A stretch of DNA of 63,982 nt, filler included, from Blastocystis sp. subtype 4 (lineage: Eukaryota), in NCBI RefSeq assembly GCF_000743755.1. It is 5 parts of 5 records of this genome, joined end to end, with 100 filler letters (N's around TTAATTAATTAA, not from the genome) between each part and the next. Parts side by side here need not be neighbours in the genome. Positions count along the whole stretch, not along the records: positions 1 to 13,732 come from NW_014569267.1; positions 13,833 to 27,510 come from NW_014569266.1; 3 more parts are not named here. One strand, 5' to 3'. This document shows positions 13,664 through 27,455 of the stretch, in pieces. Every line of letters begins with the position of its first letter. Within the stretch, counting starts at the first letter, position 1. A model generated the notes under the pieces. The model ran no database searches, was not told the origin of the DNA, and saw only the letters and a program-made list of their open reading frames with translations. A program made the translations under genes and the position numbers.

Positions 13664-13681
13664 TGTTTGTTGGAACAAACA
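13664..13681. terminator. Back-to-back polyadenylation elements of convergent genes (TGTTTGTT gg AACAAACA)
   Basis: Perfect inverted pair between two converging 3' ends. Confidence 0.8.
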
Positions 13682-13732
13682 TACCACATATTACGAATAG
13701 TCTTAGTTCTTGGTCACCTCATGGAAAGCCTT

Positions 13733-13832
13733 NNNNNNNNNNNNNNNNNNNNNNNNNNNNNNNNNNNNNNNNNNNNTTAATTAATTAANNNNNNNNNNNN
13801 NNNNNNNNNNNNNNNNNNNNNNNNNNNNNNNN
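13733..13832. other. Artificial scaffold spacer
   Basis: N-run/TTAATTAATTAA/N-run, 100 nt, identical at four sites. Confidence 0.98.
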
Positions 13833-14894
13833 AAGTCTCTATTGATCATACCTCCTTCCATCACTCACCGATACACAATCCCCATTTTATGAAGATGCTC
13901 TAATGCCAGTGTGATCTCAGCTGCATAGAAACGAGCTCGCTCCTCTGTAAACTTCTTGGCCTTCCCAAGATGATAGAACAACTCGCCTCCAGGACAGTAA
14001 TCCAACACAAAATACAGCTTATCACGCTATCCATCAACACTCATCAGAAGATCTACGGTTTGGAACGCATAACGCATTCCCACAATGAATGGATGATCAA
14101 TCTTACCCAGAATATTCCGTTCTGTCTTCGTATGCTCGATCTGATTCTTCTTCTTGATCACTGACTTGTTCAACACCTTCATGGCATAAATCTCATTCTC
14201 TCCCATCTTTTTCACTTGAAACACCTTCCCGAAGCTCCCCTTCCCAATCACCTTCAGAATCTCAAAATCGTTCAATCCAACCGTTGAATTGTTCAACTCA
14301 GGATATTCACTGCGATAGTAAGCGTCATCTCCACTTCCTGGGCTTTTAGCATCAAACGAATCGTTGTCACTCAGAAACGAAAAATCAATCTCTTGAATAC
14401 CATTTGGTGGCCTCTATAACTCAGAAGAATCCAGAAGCACAACATTGGCCTCCACTCGCATGAATTCTTGAAATGCATTCACATGCTGTACATACTCATT
14501 CTCCATAATCTATCTATTAAGTTCAGTCTCACACATACACTATGAAGCCAATTCTCCAAAAGAATCCGAATTGAGTTTATACCTTCTAGAGTAGATGAGT
14601 CAATATACTGGGTAGATGGAAAAGGAGGAAGATTTGGGACATTGGCTTGAACCAACTACCAATAAGGATATGACCTGGATAAACTACCATCGTTTTTAAC
14701 ATATGAAACGCTGAGTAGGTTCGGTAAACCGTCCAAGTCACATTACAAGCGCTCACTTCCACAGCATATAACTACACCAACAGATTAGAGATAATCATCA
14801 TCAAGTGATAACGTACAATATTATCTACATTGCAATGCACAGGAACGATATAGCATCGTTGAATGCTTGTTATGGCTCGTTGTTGAGAGGACAT
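13833..14894 (-). CDS. PX-domain AGC kinase (SGK3/S6K-like), interrupted by the gap; likely C-terminus KAFHEVTKN* at 13732-13703
   Basis: PX motifs [11 protein letters not shown] and PNLPPFP; kinase motifs [50 protein letters not shown]. Confidence 0.85.
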
Positions 14895-15110
14895 TTCGGC
14901 CAACTGCCTCTCTAACAAAAGTACTATCGGATAAAAGGGATTTGAGCCCCTACATGACGAAACCTGTTGGTGTTGCGCACCACTTTTGGTTCAACCAATG
15001 AAATAGTAAAGATGATTCTCTTCTACTGGAAGAATCATGCTCATAATTACATTATGCAATAATTTACTATCCGATGTGAAAACAAACAGCCAAGATCTAT
15101 TTCACACATA

Positions 15111-17709
15111 TCATACTTCTGGTTGTTGAGCACTGTCTTCCCTTGGCCTATTCCGATTTCCATCTCTTCGAGTAGCATCACCATCTAGAGGATAAATCAA
15201 CCAGAATGCAAGATACCAAAACTCTCACGCTCCTTATAAGAACGAACGTAATGTCCTCCCTGTTGGCCGTTATATCGACCTGAATGGTTTCCACCACGAT
15301 ATCCACGATCATCATTCATCTTCGGATTTCGTCGTCTTCCTGACATATTCACATCCCCAGAAACACCTTCCGAATAGTTACTATTATCGCGTTGTCCATA
15401 ACGAGGCCCACGGGAATTGCGATGTTGTTGTGTAGATGGATTTCCAGAACGATCACGCTGTTGTCGATATGGTTTCGAACGTCCCATTCCCCTACATCTC
15501 ACCTTCCTCTCATATCCTTACTGATATCCCATATACGAGTCACGCAGATCCTGAGGTACTGTGTCTTCAGAATACTGATACATTCCAGGAGTCTCATCTC
15601 CATGTTTCAACATATCAATCACTGAACTCTCTTCGGCCTCATTATCGCGACCAGGAGTACGGCGTACTGTAGCACGTTGTACAGCAGGAGTAGAAGATGA
15701 AGCCTGTATACGTTGTTGTCCAGCTAACTAACAGTATCATCACTGACACCTACCATGCTGATCCAATGTCTCTGAAGGAACAGTTTGTTGAATCCCAGGA
15801 GTAGCAGAACTAGACATCATCGTGACACCAGGGACCTGTTGAATAGACATTCCTTGCATTTGAGGGATTCCCATCATCATAGGCATGCCGGATAACTGTT
15901 GTATCGGAAGATTTGGGATATTCTGAGGTGTCTGAACACCTGGAATCTGTTGCATAGGTAATCCTTGCATTGTAGAATTATTCTGTACATTTGGCATCAT
16001 ATATCCCATCCCTGTATCAGAGTACATCACATTCTGCTGTTGCATAACAGGCATCCCTTGAATAGAAGGATACTAATGAATCAAAGAAGGACACAAAACC
16101 TACGTTGAATCCTTGATTCATACCATAGAGCATAGGAATATTTACGGGGAACAACTGATTGTTTTGAATGATCATTGGCTGCATGACTAGCGATCCTATC
16201 AATCATATTGACTGCAAAGCATTACCATCTTGGGCCATCATTGTAACCCATGTCATTTGCATATCGCTTCCTTGAGGCATAATTGGCATTCCATTCATCA
16301 TCATCGGCTGGGGACCCATTTGGACGGAACCTGGAGTTGTGGGTTGACCACTGAATTGCTGAGGGGTTGGAGGCTGGTAAGAAACTTGCTCTCCAGGGGT
16401 GTCTCGAGAATGTGTCTTCCCGCGGGAAGGATTACTATTTTGTTTGGTATCATTGCGCCGATATCCATACGACTCATTACCTGGACTGGAAGATTGCATA
16501 TGTTGAGAAGCAGAAAAATGAGAAGCTGGCTCCGTGGTCTCAGGAATGTAAGAACGTTTCTCACGACGAGTCGACTGATTCTCTTTGCGATATGATCTCT
16601 CTTTCACAGGCTCCTCTTGCTTCATCTCTCGTGGACGTTGACGCTGAGTAGGTTCTGTCTGGGTTGGAGGAGAAGGTTTATTCACCTTGGAAGGAACTGT
16701 TTTCTCCTTCAGCGTCTCTTCCATCTTACGTGGCTTCAAAGTCACTAGATTGATACACCTTCATGCTACCTACCACCATAACGTTTGTTGAATTCCTCAC
16801 TGAACTTCTTAAATTCAGCCATCTGTTGCTCACGTGTTAACTTCCCCTCATTCATCATCTTCATACATACCTGACGAGGTTTGGAAACTCCTTGAGCCGG
16901 ACGGTTTGTACTGCGTAACATCTCAGGACGAATAGGAGGGAGAGGGGCAATATAGCCCACCACAGGATGCTTCGATTTCGTTTCAGAAAGAGAAGGAATG
17001 GCGATGTCTTGTTGGGACTCTCCTCTACCCCTGAAAGACAAAAATGAAACCTACTTTGAATGTGCAGCATTGTTCTCTCCAGAAGGAACCGTCTTTTTAT
17101 CTGGAATCGGTAATAAGGTTTGACGCTAGAAATGAAGTTCAAATATCACCAAAAACAGGAAGAGAGGCCAAATTACGAGGAAGTGGACGAGTTGGGTCAA
17201 ATGCACCTAAGCCCATGCGAAGTCGATTGGCATCCAAAAACGAACTATTTGAATAAGTTAAAAACCGGACCTTCTTTGCTCTTATCATAACAATATCTTG
17301 CTGAGGAATTATCAAAGTGAAATCCTTTGACAGCTGATCTACAGGAGTGGAACTTGTCTAAAACGTTACAACTCCTCATCATCTATGTACCTGAATTGTT
17401 GCATAACGAAGAACAATACACTCCTCCCGAGTGCCAACTGCAAAGAATACTCCATTATAGACAGTGCGATCTTTCATCTATAACAATAGTAACAATTATA
17501 TAGAGATACAAGAATATCTACCGCAGAACCAAGTAGATTGGTGTAGATATAAATAAGACGCTCATGATTCATCCGATCAGAACCTATATCCATAAAGAAT
17601 CGATTGAGTGTATCACCAGTCACAGGAGTCTTTGTCTCGCTCGCTCTACAATTCATCCCGTTATTGCTGTAATATACGTCGATTTTGTTCCACCATCTCT
17701 GTTATCCAT
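15111..17709 (-). CDS. Ataxin-2/Pbp1-like RNA-binding protein
   Basis: LSm-like RLIYIYTNLLGSAVDI..GVFF..IPQQDIVMI, FKKFSEEF motif, Q/M/P-rich low complexity, RGG-rich tail. TGA 15113-15111, TGTTTGTT at 15088-15081. Confidence 0.6.
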
Positions 17710-17979
17710 AATATAGACTACTCAAACCCAAGGATTAGATCTTATTATCGTTCGTATTATGAATAAATCCCCGCGGTTTCACCAAGTTGTATGTTATCAT
17801 GCGAGAATAGCCTTCAATTCGTTTATTTAAGTGCTTTGGAAATAACAGAAGATACTGAAGTGAGAGAACAATAGAGAAAATGTTTCGAAAGAACTCTATC
17901 AGACCCCTTTCTATAGAGTCTCCTTAAAGAGAAAATCACAGAGAGAGATTCGATTGTGAGAAAGATCGTAAAGAAAGAA

Positions 17980-17999
17980 CTCATAACCGCGGTTATGAG
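17980..17999. promoter_or_regulatory. Perfect 20-bp palindrome CTCATAACCGCGGTTATGAG in a divergent promoter
   Basis: Self-complementary sequence ~70 nt upstream of the AdSS ATG. A second CCGCGGTTAT lies at 18008 and CCGCGGTT at 17771. Function inferred only. Confidence 0.5.
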
Positions 18000-18068
18000 A
18001 CAGAATTCCGCGGTTATCTAACAACCACGCTTTCTGATTCTCATAAAGGTGTTTGGATATTTTTAATA

Positions 18069-19459
18069 ATGGAAAATAAGCTTGATGTTGTTTTGGGATC
18101 TCAATGGGGCGATGAGGGAAAGGGAAAGTTAGTAGATACCATTGGAAACAGGTACGGTTGTTACTTTCCAGGATCACTGATAGATACGATCTTTGTTGTC
18201 GTGCTACTGGTGGTGCGAATGCTGGACATACTATTATCTACGAGGGAAGGGCGGTCGCTTTCCACTTGGTGCCAATTGGTGTTGTTCAACCTCAGGCAAA
18301 GTGTATTATTGGCAACGGATGTGTTGTAAGTATCACTACACTCTTTGAGGAGATCCGGGCTCTCAAAGATATTCATGTTAATATCGAAAATAGGTAGGCT
18401 GCTCTTCTTTCTAATTCATAATAGGCTCTTTGTCTCGGATCGAGCTCATATTGTGTTCAACTTCCACCAGATCTGTGATGGTTTGAATGAAAAGAGTACT
18501 GAGACTCTAACAATTGGCACCACCAAACGTGGAATTGGCCCAACCTATGCTAGTAAGATGGAACGTTTTGGAGTTCGTATGGGATCCTTGAGGGATTGGG
18601 AAAGCTTCAAGGAGAAGTATATGCGTATCTATAACATCGTATATAGAATCTCCATTACCTGATGTATAGTATCGTATTCGCTACAATTTGACGGATTACG
18701 ATTATGAATCAGAGTTAGAGAAGATCCATTCCTTCCTTCCTGAACTTCTTCCTATGATCATTGATTCTGTCTATGAGATCAATACTGCTCTGGATGAAGG
18801 AAAGAAGATCTTGGTAGAGGGAGCCAATGCTCCTATGCTGGATATCGACTTCGGAACCTATCCCTACGTCACTTCATCATCGGCTTCGATCGGTGGAATT
18901 GTGACTGGTTTGGGAGTGAGTCCTCACAGAATCGGTACAATTTATGCCATTGTGAAGGCATATACAACACGTGTAGGAGAGGGACCCTTCCCTACAGAGC
19001 AGGAGAACGAAATTGGTGAGAAACTGCGTACTGTTGGACATGAGTATGGTGCAACGACAGGCAGACCTCGTCGTTGTGGATGGTTGGATCTGGTGCAGGT
19101 AGCTTATACCCACAGAGTTGATCAGTTTGATTCGTTGTGTATGACGAAGTTGGATGTGTTGACCGGTTTGGATACGATCAAGGTTGGTCGTAAGTATTTG
19201 TTGAATGGAAAGGAGCTGAAGTCAGTTCCTTGCGAGAGTGAGGATCTGGCGAAGGTGGAAGTGGTGTATGATGAATTGCCTGGTTGGAAAGAGGACATTT
19301 CAAGGTGAGAAATGAGATGAGAATGATATGTAGTGTAAGAAAGTTTGAAGACCTCCCTGAGAATGCTCAGAACTATGTCAAGTATGTAGAGAAGGTTCTT
19401 GGTGTTCCTGTCCATTTTGTGGGTGTGGGAGCTGGAAGAGATGCTGTCATTTCTCACTA
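18069..19459 (+). CDS. ADSS: Adenylosuccinate synthetase; stop completed by polyadenylation
   Basis: QWGDEGKGK, GGANAGHT, IGTTKRGIGP, LDIDFGTYPYVTSS, EYGATTGRPRRCGWLD, VGVGAGRD. In-frame TA (19458-19459) + tact + TGTTTCTT. Confidence 0.96.
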
Positions 19460-19493
19460 TACTTGTTTCTTTCAATCAACAGAAGAGAGTACA

Positions 19494-20683
19494 CTATAGG
19501 CTACAAGATAACAACTCTTCACTAGCTTTCTTTGACGAACGCTAATCATGAAACCTCTTCTCAATCCTCACTTCAATGGATTTCGATTTCTCAGGTCGAA
19601 CATGTACCAATGCATTATATTTTCTGCGGAAATCGACTTGCTCACCAATCGCTCGTAATGCAAAGTAATATTTCGCATAAGTCGAAGAATTGATCAAACT
19701 AGTCATCCATCAAATCTCACATCACTTACACATTCCACTGAATGTCGGTAACAAACGTTGATTCCAGATCATTAAATCCGTCCTTATCAAACTGAGGATA
19801 CACATGACAGAATTCTTCATTCGTTGGAGTATTGTCAGGCCACACTTTCGAAGCTAACAGCAAAGCACAAAGCGTAATTGGTCGCCAATTACAAGGAAGA
19901 AGCGAAATATGTTGCATGGAGATCAATCGATCCACATAGATAAGGGTAACAAGAGAACATTCCGCAGGAATCTTTATTTTGTCAAATACACTGGTTAAGA
20001 AGGAGAAAATGTCATTGGTTGAAGGAATGAGATATCTTCGCTCCATTGGCTATATATGAGAATAAGCAAACAAACGTACGATAAAGCAAAGGGAAGGTAC
20101 CGATCGAGGGCGATTTCCTAGTGAGATACTCAATCTATGAATGAAGAATACTCTCAGTTCATACAGATGGTTATGCTTGGTAAACTCACTTTCACTGTAT
20201 TGGAGTGATTTATCGTTCGGTCGATATTTTTGCTGATTTTGTACAAAAACTTTCCAGTCCAAATAGACATACTTCTTATCAATATCTGCATCAGTGGATA
20301 GGTTCCATCGTTCTAAACCTTTTGTTATATACTGTGATAAGACAGCACTCACTCTATTCATTACAATACCAACTGTATTAAGACCGTCGCAATACATCAA
20401 AAGTATCTGGTTCACTGATTGTTCCACTGGGTCGCTGAAATACATTCCGCTGAGAAAGAGTTTTATATATCAGTCTTTTGGATGTAGAAATCTTGGGAGT
20501 ACACAGTTCTTCAATCAGTTCTGATTCTACTCTAATTAATTTATTGTAAAGTTTACTTTGAGGTCCATTTCCACTATCTTGATTGATTACGGGAGCTAAG
20601 TTGCCTATTCATGAAATGGCTTACGAAGAACGACTTGTAGATAGAAATGACTCTCTCGTCTCTGCAGATGTTTTGTTTCCCAT
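19494..20683 (-). CDS. Cyclin Y-like protein
   Basis: MGN N-terminus; cyclin box ECSLVTLIYVDRL, NWRPITLCALLLASKVW, YAKYYFALR. Confidence 0.8.
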
Positions 20684-20731
20684 AGTCCTAGTAGTGGCAA
20701 CAATGGACTGGAACAACAAACATTTATAACC

Positions 20732-23634
20732 CTACTTAGGAGCTTTACGACCCTTACGCTTTATTGTGACTTCCTGCCATTCATCTTCTTCATCCACCAG
20801 TTTCCTGGGGGCAGGAGTAGGAGTAGGAACGGGAATAGGAGCAGGTGTAGGTGCAGGAGCTGGGGCAGAAGCAGGAGGAGCACGAGGAGCACGGCGTCGA
20901 GGTCTCTTCATCTCTTCATCATCGTCACTATCCAAATGCATCTTCGCTAAACGCTCTTCACGTAGTTTTTTCTCGTGCTCTTCACGCTCCTTACGAGCCG
21001 CTTCCACACGCTCAAATTCCATCTGCTCACGAAGACGACGTTCCTCTTCGGCTTTGCGACGTTCCTCTTCCGCCTTACGTCGTTCTTCTTCGGCTTTACG
21101 TCGTTCCTCCTCGATCTTACGACGCGCCTCTTCCTCGGCACGCTTTTTTGCTTCCTCTTCCAGACGCTTCTTCTCTGCTGCCTGGAATCGCTTCTCCACT
21201 TCTGCCTTGAGAGTCTCAATACGACGTGAACTCACCGTGGTAGCGAAGGTTGGCAAGAAGGAAGCCACACGGTCAGCAATCGGACGCACAGCACTGATCC
21301 GCTCCTGCTGTTGCTTCTTCTGTTCATACATGGTGTCAAAGGTCTTGCTCCAGTAAGCCACACACTCATCATGCTTCGATGTGAAGAATGCTTCTGTCGG
21401 TGACAGCACAGCCTCTCGCAGAGCCCGAGCCAGATAAAGTTGCTTCTCAGACTCCTTCTGGACACGCTGCTTACGCTCACGCTCAGCCTTCTCTGTCATG
21501 ATTCCAAGATACGAGGTTAGCTCATCGACATCCATCGAACCAACCACACTCATATCCAGCTGACGACCCATCAACGTACGCAATTGAGCAATCATACGCT
21601 GACGAGATGCCTCTTCCTCCCGCTTGCGATCACGTTCCAATTCCTCCTTCTTACGACGCATTTCCTCTTCACGTAGACGTTCTGCCTCCCTTCTCTCTCG
21701 TTCCTCTGATTCCCTTTTTATTCGCTCCGCCTCAGACATGTTCTTCATTTTCTCTTTCTCTTCAGATTCATGTTTATGCTTCTCAATTAATTCAAATCGT
21801 TTTAACATGGCCTCATGAATAGCATCCTTGCATTGACGAGCTCTATCCATTCGATCAAACATTTCCTCATCCTGTTCCTCCAACTGCGTATTCGTTGGAT
21901 CCACAGCAGCCATAGTAGAAACCAAACTAACGAATGATACACAAGTCAAACACATACTTGCGAGTCAGTGTGAGGAGATAATGACTGAAGACATCTTGAT
22001 CAGATACGCCATGTTTGAAATACACACACTGATTCACATAATCAAATCGAATATGAAGATGATTTGAAGTACCCGCTTCTACCACCAGACGTTCAGCTTC
22101 ATAACGATCAAAATGCAGATCTGAAAGCAGACGAGTATAGTTCTCTAGTTTCATAACAGAATATACACTCTCCAATTGCTTCAAGAAACGTAGAAGTAGC
22201 ATGCGACGAAGCTGAGGAACATACTTGGCATATTCCTGAGTATTCTCAATGAATCTAAATGAAAGAAGTATAACAACACGTACCTCAGAGAATTCTGTAC
22301 ACGAGACACCATGTCAAGAGGGTGGAACTCTGATTCCAGAACTGTGTATAATTCAGCCAGCTCAGGAGGGACATTACTCAACACCTCCAATGAACGAAGT
22401 TCACTATGAAGAGATTCTCTCTAGAGATGAGAACCAGAGAATGGTTTTTACAGTAACACGAGAGGAAATACCTAACACACGAGTAATTGACTGATCTTTC
22501 TCTCTCTCAATCTTGAAAGCAGGATGACTCTCATCATCAGCCTTACATTCAACTCATCAATCATCTCCTACCACAGAATAGAATGGGATACAGAGTACAG
22601 CAAGACAGACTTGAGCATAATTAGCACGCAAATCCTCTTCTGAAACACCATCTTGACGCTTGCGTGCAGCCAGCAGACGAATCTGAGCATATGCATGATA
22701 GAAGTAATGTTTCAGCTCCCAGAAGATTCTCGATACGTTCTCATAATACGAAATGACATCTTCAGCTGGCCAACTCTTCCTCGACATGATCACACGGAGA
22801 TCATTCAGAATATTGAAAGCTTCTGTCCATAAATTCAGTTCGCAAGCAACATCGAGCTGCTTCAAACGAGTCTCTCTTTGCAACTTTGCTGTCTTATCCG
22901 ACCAGGTGATTCGGAATCGCATGCCAGTCAGATCTTGTGATGGACTCATAATGCTAACAAGATGCTTACAGAGCAGATAACGAAGACTGCGGAACTCATT
23001 CGTACGAGAATAATCCAAACAGAAATCAAAAGCTCTCTTACAGACATCATGATATAACTCTTCCATAGTATTGTTGAACTTCAATAAATCTAGAACATTC
23101 CGAAGGTTATCCCAGTAATACTTGATGAGAGGATATATGACCTCACGCTGAACACGTCTTGGATCACTTTCCTCGTATGATACACCCAGAATAACAGAGG
23201 TAGCGTCCACTTCCTCCTCCAGGTCGAGACTTGAAAAGTCTGTAATACCATATTTCTCGGCTGTATTCGTAATCTTATTTTTGCAGGCATCAAGGAAGTA
23301 ATTAACTACCTTCTTCATCGAGTCAGGAGACTACAACTAAGACGAACCATGGAACACTCACCAGAAGCTGACAGATATTTCTATATTGACTGAGAGCCTC
23401 CTTTGCCGAATCGGATTCAAGAATATCAATACAGATGTCGAGAAGCATCATAGCAGCCTCTTCGATCGACGAAGCCCAAATCTTATTCTTTCCAGGCTCG
23501 AGAGAATCATAAAGACACTGAATTGCAGCCACTTTATCACCGATCTTCAAGTATTCTACACATGATCTTATTCTTCTTCATAACCAACCCTCTGCTTGTC
23601 TGACAGCATTCGCAGGTTTTGTACTAGGTGCCAT
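20732..23634 (-). CDS. EIF3A: Translation initiation factor eIF3 subunit A
   Basis: KPANAVRQAE start, KEALSQYRNICQ, RNVLDLLKFN, LYHDVCKRAFDFC..RTNEFRSL, LNLWTEAF, LESEFHPL, PCI region and charged coiled-coil tail. Confidence 0.9.
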
Positions 23635-23770
23635 CGTAATTCAAGTGATTTCTGGTTTATTAGTTCAAGAGATGTTTAGTGATCAGGACAAATTGATAAT
23701 TATGGAACCCACAGATTTGTAACAAAGACAAAGGATAACCAGATGGTAATCATTGTACTAAAACACCAAT

Positions 23771-25189
23771 TCACACTACATTCAATGGTTGACTTGAACC
23801 TGGATACTTATCCAAGTACTCTTGTACTCGATCTGCAGATAGCTTTGCCATATATGCAAAGGCCCTTCGCTCAAAGAGATAGCTGCTAACATGGGAACCT
23901 TCTAACCAGAGGATCTCGCTTCCCTTCCAAGTCCGATTCAGATTCCTCATGCGCTGCTCAACAAGCTCAAATGGAACATATCGGTCTCGTTTTGCAGTTG
24001 CCTACATATCACCCTCATTGTATTTCATACGAAGATAGCTGCCTCAGGAACCAGAGGAGGATTAAAATTCTCTATATCAGTAACACTCAAAAACCGTCCC
24101 ATCAATTCATGGGCCTTGTCCATCTTTCGTTTCTAATTATTAATTCCCATCTTAGACACGTACATCAACATCAAAATACCGATTCTTCAGACGATCTGCG
24201 AGATTGTAGTAATGGGCATCTTTGTCAAGACGTTTCCAAGGAATTAAATTTGCCATCAAGCCCTAATCATGAGAACTGAATTCATTTCCAACCGAAGTGA
24301 AGACCGGAACTGCCGAAGGAGGTCCCACTAAGGATGCAGTTCCTACAGGGAATGGAGTAAGTGCAGCCACCATAGCAGCGTGAAGACCACCCATGCTAAT
24401 GCCACCAACTACAAGGGGACCATATCCAGCTTTCCAGAAATAGTAGAGAAGAGAACGGGCTTCTTCAATAGTTGCTTCGCCCAGCAAGGGCAAATCCGAG
24501 ACATGGAGTAACTTACAACCATGCTGTCGTTTTGGTTTCCGTTGACCATAAAAAGGGCCCTCCATGATCTATAGTTAATTCTAAGAGCAACATACTACAA
24601 TCGACCCAACGCCCATTCGGGCTAGAGGAAGTGAAACTCCATCATATCGGCGACCATATCGTTTCTCACCAGTTCCAGGTAGTAAAAGGACCATTGGCGT
24701 TCTAGTAGGTTCACTGCTAGCCCAAGTGAGAGGTTTCACCACTCGAATGTATCCTTGTTCACTCTCCATTGGTAGAAACTCTGAGAAATGTGATACTGTT
24801 TTGTATTGACCATCCTGAATAAGGACTTGATCATCCTCCAAAATCTCTGGTGCTGAGAGATGAAGCTAGAGTTTAAAAGGGACCAACAATCGAACATCAA
24901 TTGGAGGAGGCATTATCTTCAAATGCGTCTCTTCTTTCAATCGATGCAGTTCAGAGTTCAGTTTATCCACAAGACTGATGTCTCCCCTACCATCCATTAG
25001 ATTTCATCAGTGTTTCATACCACCCAGCTGTGAAAAAACCTGCCCAAGGATTTCGCAATTTACATAGCATCACATCAATGTATTTGTAGTGTTCATTATT
25101 TGTGACACGTCCAAGTCTGAACTGTGAGAACCAAGTCACATCACCAACGCCTTCACAACGGGATTCAACTTCTCCAAAAATGAGTACAT
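23771..25189 (-). CDS. ABHD18/C4orf29 (DUF2048) alpha/beta hydrolase
   Basis: FFTAGW, LLPGTG, EGPFYGQRKP..Q, VSDL..G.ATIEE, nucleophile elbow GISMGGLHA. Confidence 0.8.
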
Positions 25190-25264
25190 CCCAACGCTAC
25201 TGCTCTCCTCTTATCTTTATCAATTATGACAAAGATAGGATTGATTCTACAACAAACAGTCTCC

Positions 25265-26804
25265 TCAAAACTCAATAAATAACATGGAAACGAAGAATAA
25301 AAGTCCTGTAGCAACAGCACAAATGATAATGGTAAATATCCATCCAGCAAACACATTGTACACTAGCTTCCAGTTTACTCCATTTTTACCTTCTACTAGT
25401 CCAACTCCAACTGTTGACCCAACCTTACAATGCGTTGTAGATAAAGGCATTCCAATAGCCGATCCAAACAACACAACAATAGAAGCGCCAATTTCGATAG
25501 TGAACCCACGTGAAGGAGTGACTTTAACCATGTTCACACCCATCGAGGCCATCACCTTATATCCCAGACATGTCAATCCAAGAATGATACCAAATCCTCC
25601 GAGGAGAAGAACCCAGGTAGGAACAGCAGCATCATGCATAACATCTCCAGTTTGATAGATGGTAATACAAGCAGCAAGAGGACCTACACTATTGGCCACA
25701 TCATTAGCTCCATGAGCAAACGAATTGAAAACAGCTGTAATAATTTGAAGATAAGTAAATAGTTTCTCTGTCCGACTATCAAATACTTCGGCATTCTGAT
25801 GCATCTGAGCCACAGAACTATCTTTATTCTCTAATTCTGTCTCTAATGTCATTGACTCATTTGTTGTATCAATAATAGGAATCATGGTAGTAGGTACTGA
25901 TTTCACTACTACAAGATCACCTGATTTCTCTGTCATTGTTGTCCATCCTTTATCTTGGGATATATCAAGGAGATCATTGGTTGCAGATGGTAAAAGAGCA
26001 TCTGTTGTCTCTGCAAGGACACGTTTGCGAATACACGGTAAAGCCGTGAATCTGAGGACCAAAGCGACAACAATACCCACACCCAAACATATAAGAATGA
26101 TATAGGGAATGGGAAGATTAATATTCAAGGACTCACTCTTATAGAGAATAAGGAAGAGATTGAATGCAATTGTAAAGCCCACAATAGGTGAATACGCACG
26201 TAGGGCACGGTGGAGACTGTTGCTAGAACGAAGAATTCCCTTACGGAGGACAACAAAGATAGCAGTAGACAAGAGAGACGAAATAACGGGAGCAGCGATC
26301 CAGGAAGAAGCCACAAGTCCAACTTTCTTCCAATTGACAGCATTCCAACCTTTTGAAACAATGGCCATTCCAATGATTCCACCAATACATGAATGGGTGG
26401 TTGAAACTGGAAGACCATACAAAGTTGCTAAAATAAGCCACACAGCAACACCAAACAAGACGCACAGCATGCCATACATTAACTCTACCTATACTCACAA
26501 AATGATATAAAACCAACAGGAGTATCAATAAAAAGAGAAGGTTCTGTAATACCCTTCATGATTGTTGAGGCAACATTGCCTCCAAGCAAATAAGATCCAG
26601 AAAACTCCATAATCGAAGCTATCACAATTGCTTGTGTCATTGTAAGTGCTTTGGAGCCTACCGACGTAGCAAAGGCATTAGCAACATCGTTTGCTCCTAG
26701 AAATAAGCAAAGAAAGAGACCACATTACCTATTCCAAATGCTGAAAAGAAAGAGACAACACTACAAGCAATGGGAATCCAATGGTATTGAGTAAGTGGAG
26801 CCAT
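25265..26804 (-). CDS. PiT/PHO4 (SLC20) sodium-phosphate symporter
   Basis: GANDVANAFATSVG, LPVSTTHS, FAHGANDVANSVGP, TPSRGFTIE, PLSTTHCKVGS. Confidence 0.95.
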
Positions 26805-27455
26805 GTTACCGTTATGGAAATACAATGATAGACGAACCCAAGTTGGATATCGTATAACACAATTATCCTATTTCCCTTCATCACTCCGCCAGGAATGAAT
26901 TAAAACCGCGGCCAGTTGTTTCTACATTTTTTACCCCTTTTAGCCCATAGTATGTTATTCTATAAATTGTTGACTCCAAATAAGAATATCGACATTCTCA
27001 CGCTCACCCCTCCATTGTTAGAACATTTAACATACAAAAGCTAATAGTCCTTCTATTTCCTGTTTTCAGGAATCCAATACCGAATTATCGCACAGTTCAA
27101 TAAAGATAGAGAGATAGAATAAGAATTCTGGGGTACTCTATCTATTTTCATCTAATCATTTCAATATCATAAATTGTCCCCCAGGATTCCCGAAAAACAA
27201 GCAAATTGTGTCATCCTTCTTCTTTGCAAGTCCAATTCTGTGGTTCAGTTGCTGTTCATTTGATAATGAAGGTGTGTTATGATTTCTGAATGCGAGAGTG
27301 GTGATGTTGTTTGGTTGATTGGCTTTCAGTTGTCTGATTTCATTGTAGCTTAACATTTGCTATCCTGCTCTTAGTTCTCAGAAGCCGATTGACATTGATG
27401 ATGAGAACAAACTGTAAAGAATGTTAAAGAGAGACTGATGTGTAGCCGTGTGTTC

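Noticed and set aside
21040..21130. 21-nt tandem repeats
   Set aside because: They encode the EEERRKA coiled coil of eIF3a; not a CRISPR array or mobile element
20766..21818. Long plus-strand ORFs antisense to eIF3a, with similar ones opposite gene 1, PiT and gamma-adaptin
   Set aside because: Shadow ORFs of repetitive or biased coding sequence, with no independent motifs or 3' element
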